A stretch of DNA of 64,000 nucleotides from Monocercomonoides exilis PA203 (lineage: Eukaryota; Protista; Preaxostyla). The position numbers were made by a program, and so were the translations under genes. Below, in pieces: positions 60,093-64,000 of this stretch. The stretch lies in the NCBI GenBank assembly GCA_001643675.2, contig LSRY02000009.1:930001-994000 (forward strand), given 5' to 3'. Numbering within the stretch: the stretch's first letter is position 1; each line of letters opens with the position of its first letter. The notes under the pieces were generated by a model. The model worked only from the letters and a program-made list of their open reading frames with translations, was not told the DNA's origin and made no database searches.

Positions 60093-60349
60093 CTGATTCA
60101 TTAAACATTCCAATTTCACAACATTTCATATCAATTTGTTCGAAGCAACATTTATCTTCTTCTTCTTCACCCCCTTCACCCCCTACACCTTATTTACTAT
60201 TATTTGCTCAGAAATAAGCAAAAAGAAAACAAAACATTCTCAATGTTGACTCCATATTTGTTTCTTTCAAAGAATTTTTTGAAAGATATTGATTGTAAAA
60301 AGAAACAGGAAATGGATGGAAAATGAGGTTTGTTGATGAAGCAAAATCA

Positions 60350-63300
60350 AATCTTGAAGAAAAATTGAGAATACAAAAATCGATAAATAAAGAATAAAAG
60401 AGAAAGAGGAGAAAGAGGGGTTAAAGGAAGAAGAAGAATAGAAGTAGAAGAATACGATAAGGATAATATCAATACCAATGAAGAATATGGTAAGGCTTCG
60501 CTATTTACTCCCTCAGCTACGCCATCGTCTGCAGAAACTGCACTACTCATTGCCCATCCTCCAGAGAAAGATCAAAGAAGGTCGCTTTTTTTGAGTCGTT
60601 CCTCCGCAGCTTCAGCCCCAACAGCACTCCCGGTAGCCGCACAATGTGGAACAACGACCACCGCCCTTCTTTCTCCTCTTTCACCAACTGAACAATCAAC
60701 ACATGTGCTTCAGCATTAAACCATTCCCACGTCACCTTCGATACTGTGAAAAACTCCTTCTCCGAGTTGACCTACGCCATCTTGCCGCCTTCGCAATCAC
60801 ATAATTCAAAGACTGCTATAAAGACTGTAACTTGTCAGCTTCATTGCAAACATCCGGAAGCTGCTTTTTCCCTAAAGTTATTCAGTAGAAACACCATAAA
60901 CATAAAGGTATCTGCATACGTCTTCTCCGACTGAATCCACTCAAACAACCAAAAGACATTTTAATCTCATCTCCAATACCCCTTCTAACACCATTCAATT
61001 ATCAGGAAAACTCCAATTTACCTCAAGTTTACTCTTTCCGTACAAATTCCTTAAACAGTTCCATCTCTGCAAAGTCCTTCCGGAACGGTTCTTCCCCATA
61101 CATCCTCGCACACATCACCGCCAAGTAATTCTTCTGCACAGCTTGCTTCTCCCCCAGCCACATGTACACAAATTCCCCAAACCCCTGCCTCTGCACGCCC
61201 ACCCCCATTCAAAGATCTTCTGAAATAATGTCTCCGCATCACCCCCGGATCCTCGACAGCTTCCACATTAGCTACGACTGCAGCCCCGTCTTCAGCAGCG
61301 TCAGCAGCCGCTCCATCTGCACAGACCACCGCCGCGAGTGTGGAACCCGAAGTATATGTACTGATTTACACTTTTCTTGTTCCAGCCAAACAGATACTGC
61401 GCTCGTCAGCCACTCCATCGCTATCGATCCCGCCTGCAAAGGCACCCCATTTGCTCCAGACATCCCTGCCCTCAATCCACCGGAGAAATCACAGACCTCT
61501 CAGATTCTTCCCTGCTTCTGCTTTCTGTCTTCTGCTCAAGAAGCATGAACGGCCACTGCACAACAGTCGCCTTCCCTTCAACTTTCTTTGCCACTGTTGG
61601 AACCACAGTATGCATCCAATCATCCTGCTCTCTCTTCGGATTGTTGTGCGGCGACAGCGGAATCCCATTCAGCGCGCTTGCAATTCTTTCTTCTGCCTTT
61701 TCCACCTCCTTTGCTTCCTCGTATTCTCCGCCTTAACTTAAGTTCCTCATCCTCCTCCTTCCTTCATCCATTTCTCTCGCCCCTTTCTCCTATTTCCTTC
61801 CTCCCTGCTCCATCCAAAGTGTTCTTGCACCTCACGCTTTTCCAGCTTCTTCACCTAACCAGGAGTTAATTGAGCAACCTCTTCACACGAACCTTAAATA
61901 TTCTCTTCTCCTGCTTCTTTTGCCCAAGCGACATATGCTTCTTTTCTATCACCTCATTGAACAGCGCCTTCTGCTCGCATATAGTCTTTATGTGCACATT
62001 CAACAGCGCAATCAGCATCTTCGTTTCCTTATCCATCTTGCTCATCTTCTACAGCACTGTTGCATCCACTCCTCCTTCACAGCCAATACTAACACCACCA
62101 CCACCATTTGTCCCAACTTCTTTCTTCTCTGATCTCTTACTGATCCCAGATCTCGTTCCCTAACTTCCACCACCTCATCCACTATCGTTGTTTGCTTTTC
62201 TCACAACACTCACTCCGCTCCTCGCTTTTGCAACAACAGCCTTCCAAGAGGAATCCAGCTCATGCATCATAGCGCTGCCACCGCAATACTCGCTGCAAAC
62301 TTCTCTTTGTGCTTTTTACACAGCCCAACAGCGGAATCAACGAAGCCTTAGACAGAATTATTCGTCCACACACACACATTAACAAAGAAGACGTAACAAG
62401 GAAAACTTCAATTTCCTGCATCGACCCCTTGCTGTACCAACTCACCACCACGCCCTGCTGCGTCCATCGATTCTTCACTTCTCAATCCTCATATAAATCA
62501 GTTCCGCCCACTTCTTCATCGTCACTAGCTGCTCCTTCACCTGCTTCACCTGCATCACCTCTGAGTTGTGCTTCTCGCTCAGCTCCGGAATCTTCCTCTG
62601 ATCCATCCAGATGATATTGGCCTTCTCCTTCATCTGCTCTGTCAGCCCGCTCATCCGCTTCGCCTCCTTTTCCTTTTCCAACTTCTTCTTCTTCTTTTCT
62701 TTCTTCCAGCAAATGCAACATAATCGCTGTAGTCGATAGAACCACATCCTCCATCATCAGCTCCTCTGCCCCACCGCCTCCAGCGCCTTCTCCGCAATCT
62801 CTCCCACTTCATTCACTGCAACCATTCTCCTCCTCATTTTGTTGTCCAGCTTCATCACTCCTCATGCCTCGACTGCTTCGATCGGTTCACCAGCCATTCA
62901 ATGGTCAATGGAGCCAGCGATGGATCAGGCGCATTGCAGATTAACAGGAACGCGTTCACATCAACTACTGTTAATATAGGCTTCTTCGACGACTTCTTTC
63001 TCGATAAGTTCTCAAGAAATGGGAGCAAAGCAACAAGAAGAATGAAAAGTATTATTCATTGAATTGACACAGCACGTTCTGCTCAGCAGAGCACAGCAAG
63101 TCAACATTGAAACCTCGCAGCGTGTGCAACATCCGCAGCGACAGGAGCAGTGACAGCTTCATAGCCATCCAGCTTTTGCAGCTCAGCTGCTTTCTTGGCA
63201 ACTATCCTCAGCCGCCTAACGATTTCATTCATCCATGCTACTTCAAGCGTTTATGAATCCTCCACCTTCCAGGCATCCGAAGGGTAAATTGGTAGTACAG
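60350..63300 (-). pseudogene. Third decayed copy of the unknown repeated family
   Basis: DQRKIPELSEKHNSEVMQVKQVK; WSVQMERLLTLLKTGLQS; the tail at 60.45-60.7 kb mirrors 30.8-31.05 kb. Confidence 0.5.
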
Positions 63301-64000
63301 ACGAAGATGCTAATAACTGTACATTCCCTGTCACATTCTTCTCTTCTCTTATTGGACTCCGGAATGGTAAAGAAGATCTGCGTGCTGCTCCACTCGAAGA
63401 AGACGAAGAAGACAAAGGTGCTGAGCGAAGAGACAACTGAATCGCTTCCACTCCCGCAATAAGCTTTTTGATACAACGCATCGCACAAAATTGCAGTACC
63501 TTTCGTGTCATAAAAACAAAGTCCATATTCAAATAAGAAACGTCAATTATCACCGAAATCTCATCTTTTTGATCTAATGGAAAAGAATGAACAGAATTTC
63601 TTTTGAAAAGACTTGAAATGAGAAAAAAAAGATGAGAAAAAAAAGAAAATGAAAAGTTGAAAGCTATTTAAGACACAATTCATGTTTTGATTCAAAACAT
63701 GAGATACCATTTCTTTTTTGAATTTTTTATAAAAGGACATTAAATACAAGAAATTATATGTTATTCTTCGTTTATTTCTTATAACCTTAATAACTACTCA
63801 ATGTTAACAACTTTTTGAATTTCTTTTTATTTCAATGAGGATAGTATTGATGAAATCTCACTGTTTAATAATTTCTTTACAAAATATTCAAATTTAAACA
63901 AGTTAAAATCTATTTATCTTTCAACATAGGAAAATACTGAAATAGAAGTCTCCATTCGCAAAATCAAAACGTAGACTTTAACAGTTGAAATGAAAACAAA

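Overview
AT-rich, repeat-dense eukaryotic DNA. Short GT-AG introns, long Ser/Glu low-complexity tracts and the gene families present resemble an oxymonad such as Monocercomonoides (inference only). Few genes are intact: the 3' part of a low-complexity protein kinase-like gene, a DXD glycosyltransferase (GT32/capsular-polysaccharide-synthesis-like), a 3-exon helical-repeat gene, and a 1201-aa type I membrane protein with three internal repeats. The rest is mostly mobile DNA and decayed genes. (1) Four adjacent TA-flanked foldback/MITE elements lie at 4.5-9.2 kb, with a second copy of one at 24.7 kb. (2) There are two large inverted-repeat pairs, at 17.0/20.5 kb and 27.7/34.9 kb. (3) A near-intact DIRS1-type tyrosine-recombinase retrotransposon (34894-39492) has ITRs and an ICR; its empty target site survives in the paralogous repeat arm, and its recombinase has YxxK in place of HxxR. 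(4) Two decayed DIRS copies are joined by a 5.4-kb element with ~0.8-1 kb minisatellite-bearing TIRs; its only large gene is a disrupted AEP Prim-Pol + SF3 (D5-like) helicase, itself interrupted by a MITE with an 8-bp TSD. The primase-helicase TIR element and the variant-recombinase DIRS family are the best candidates for something undescribed.
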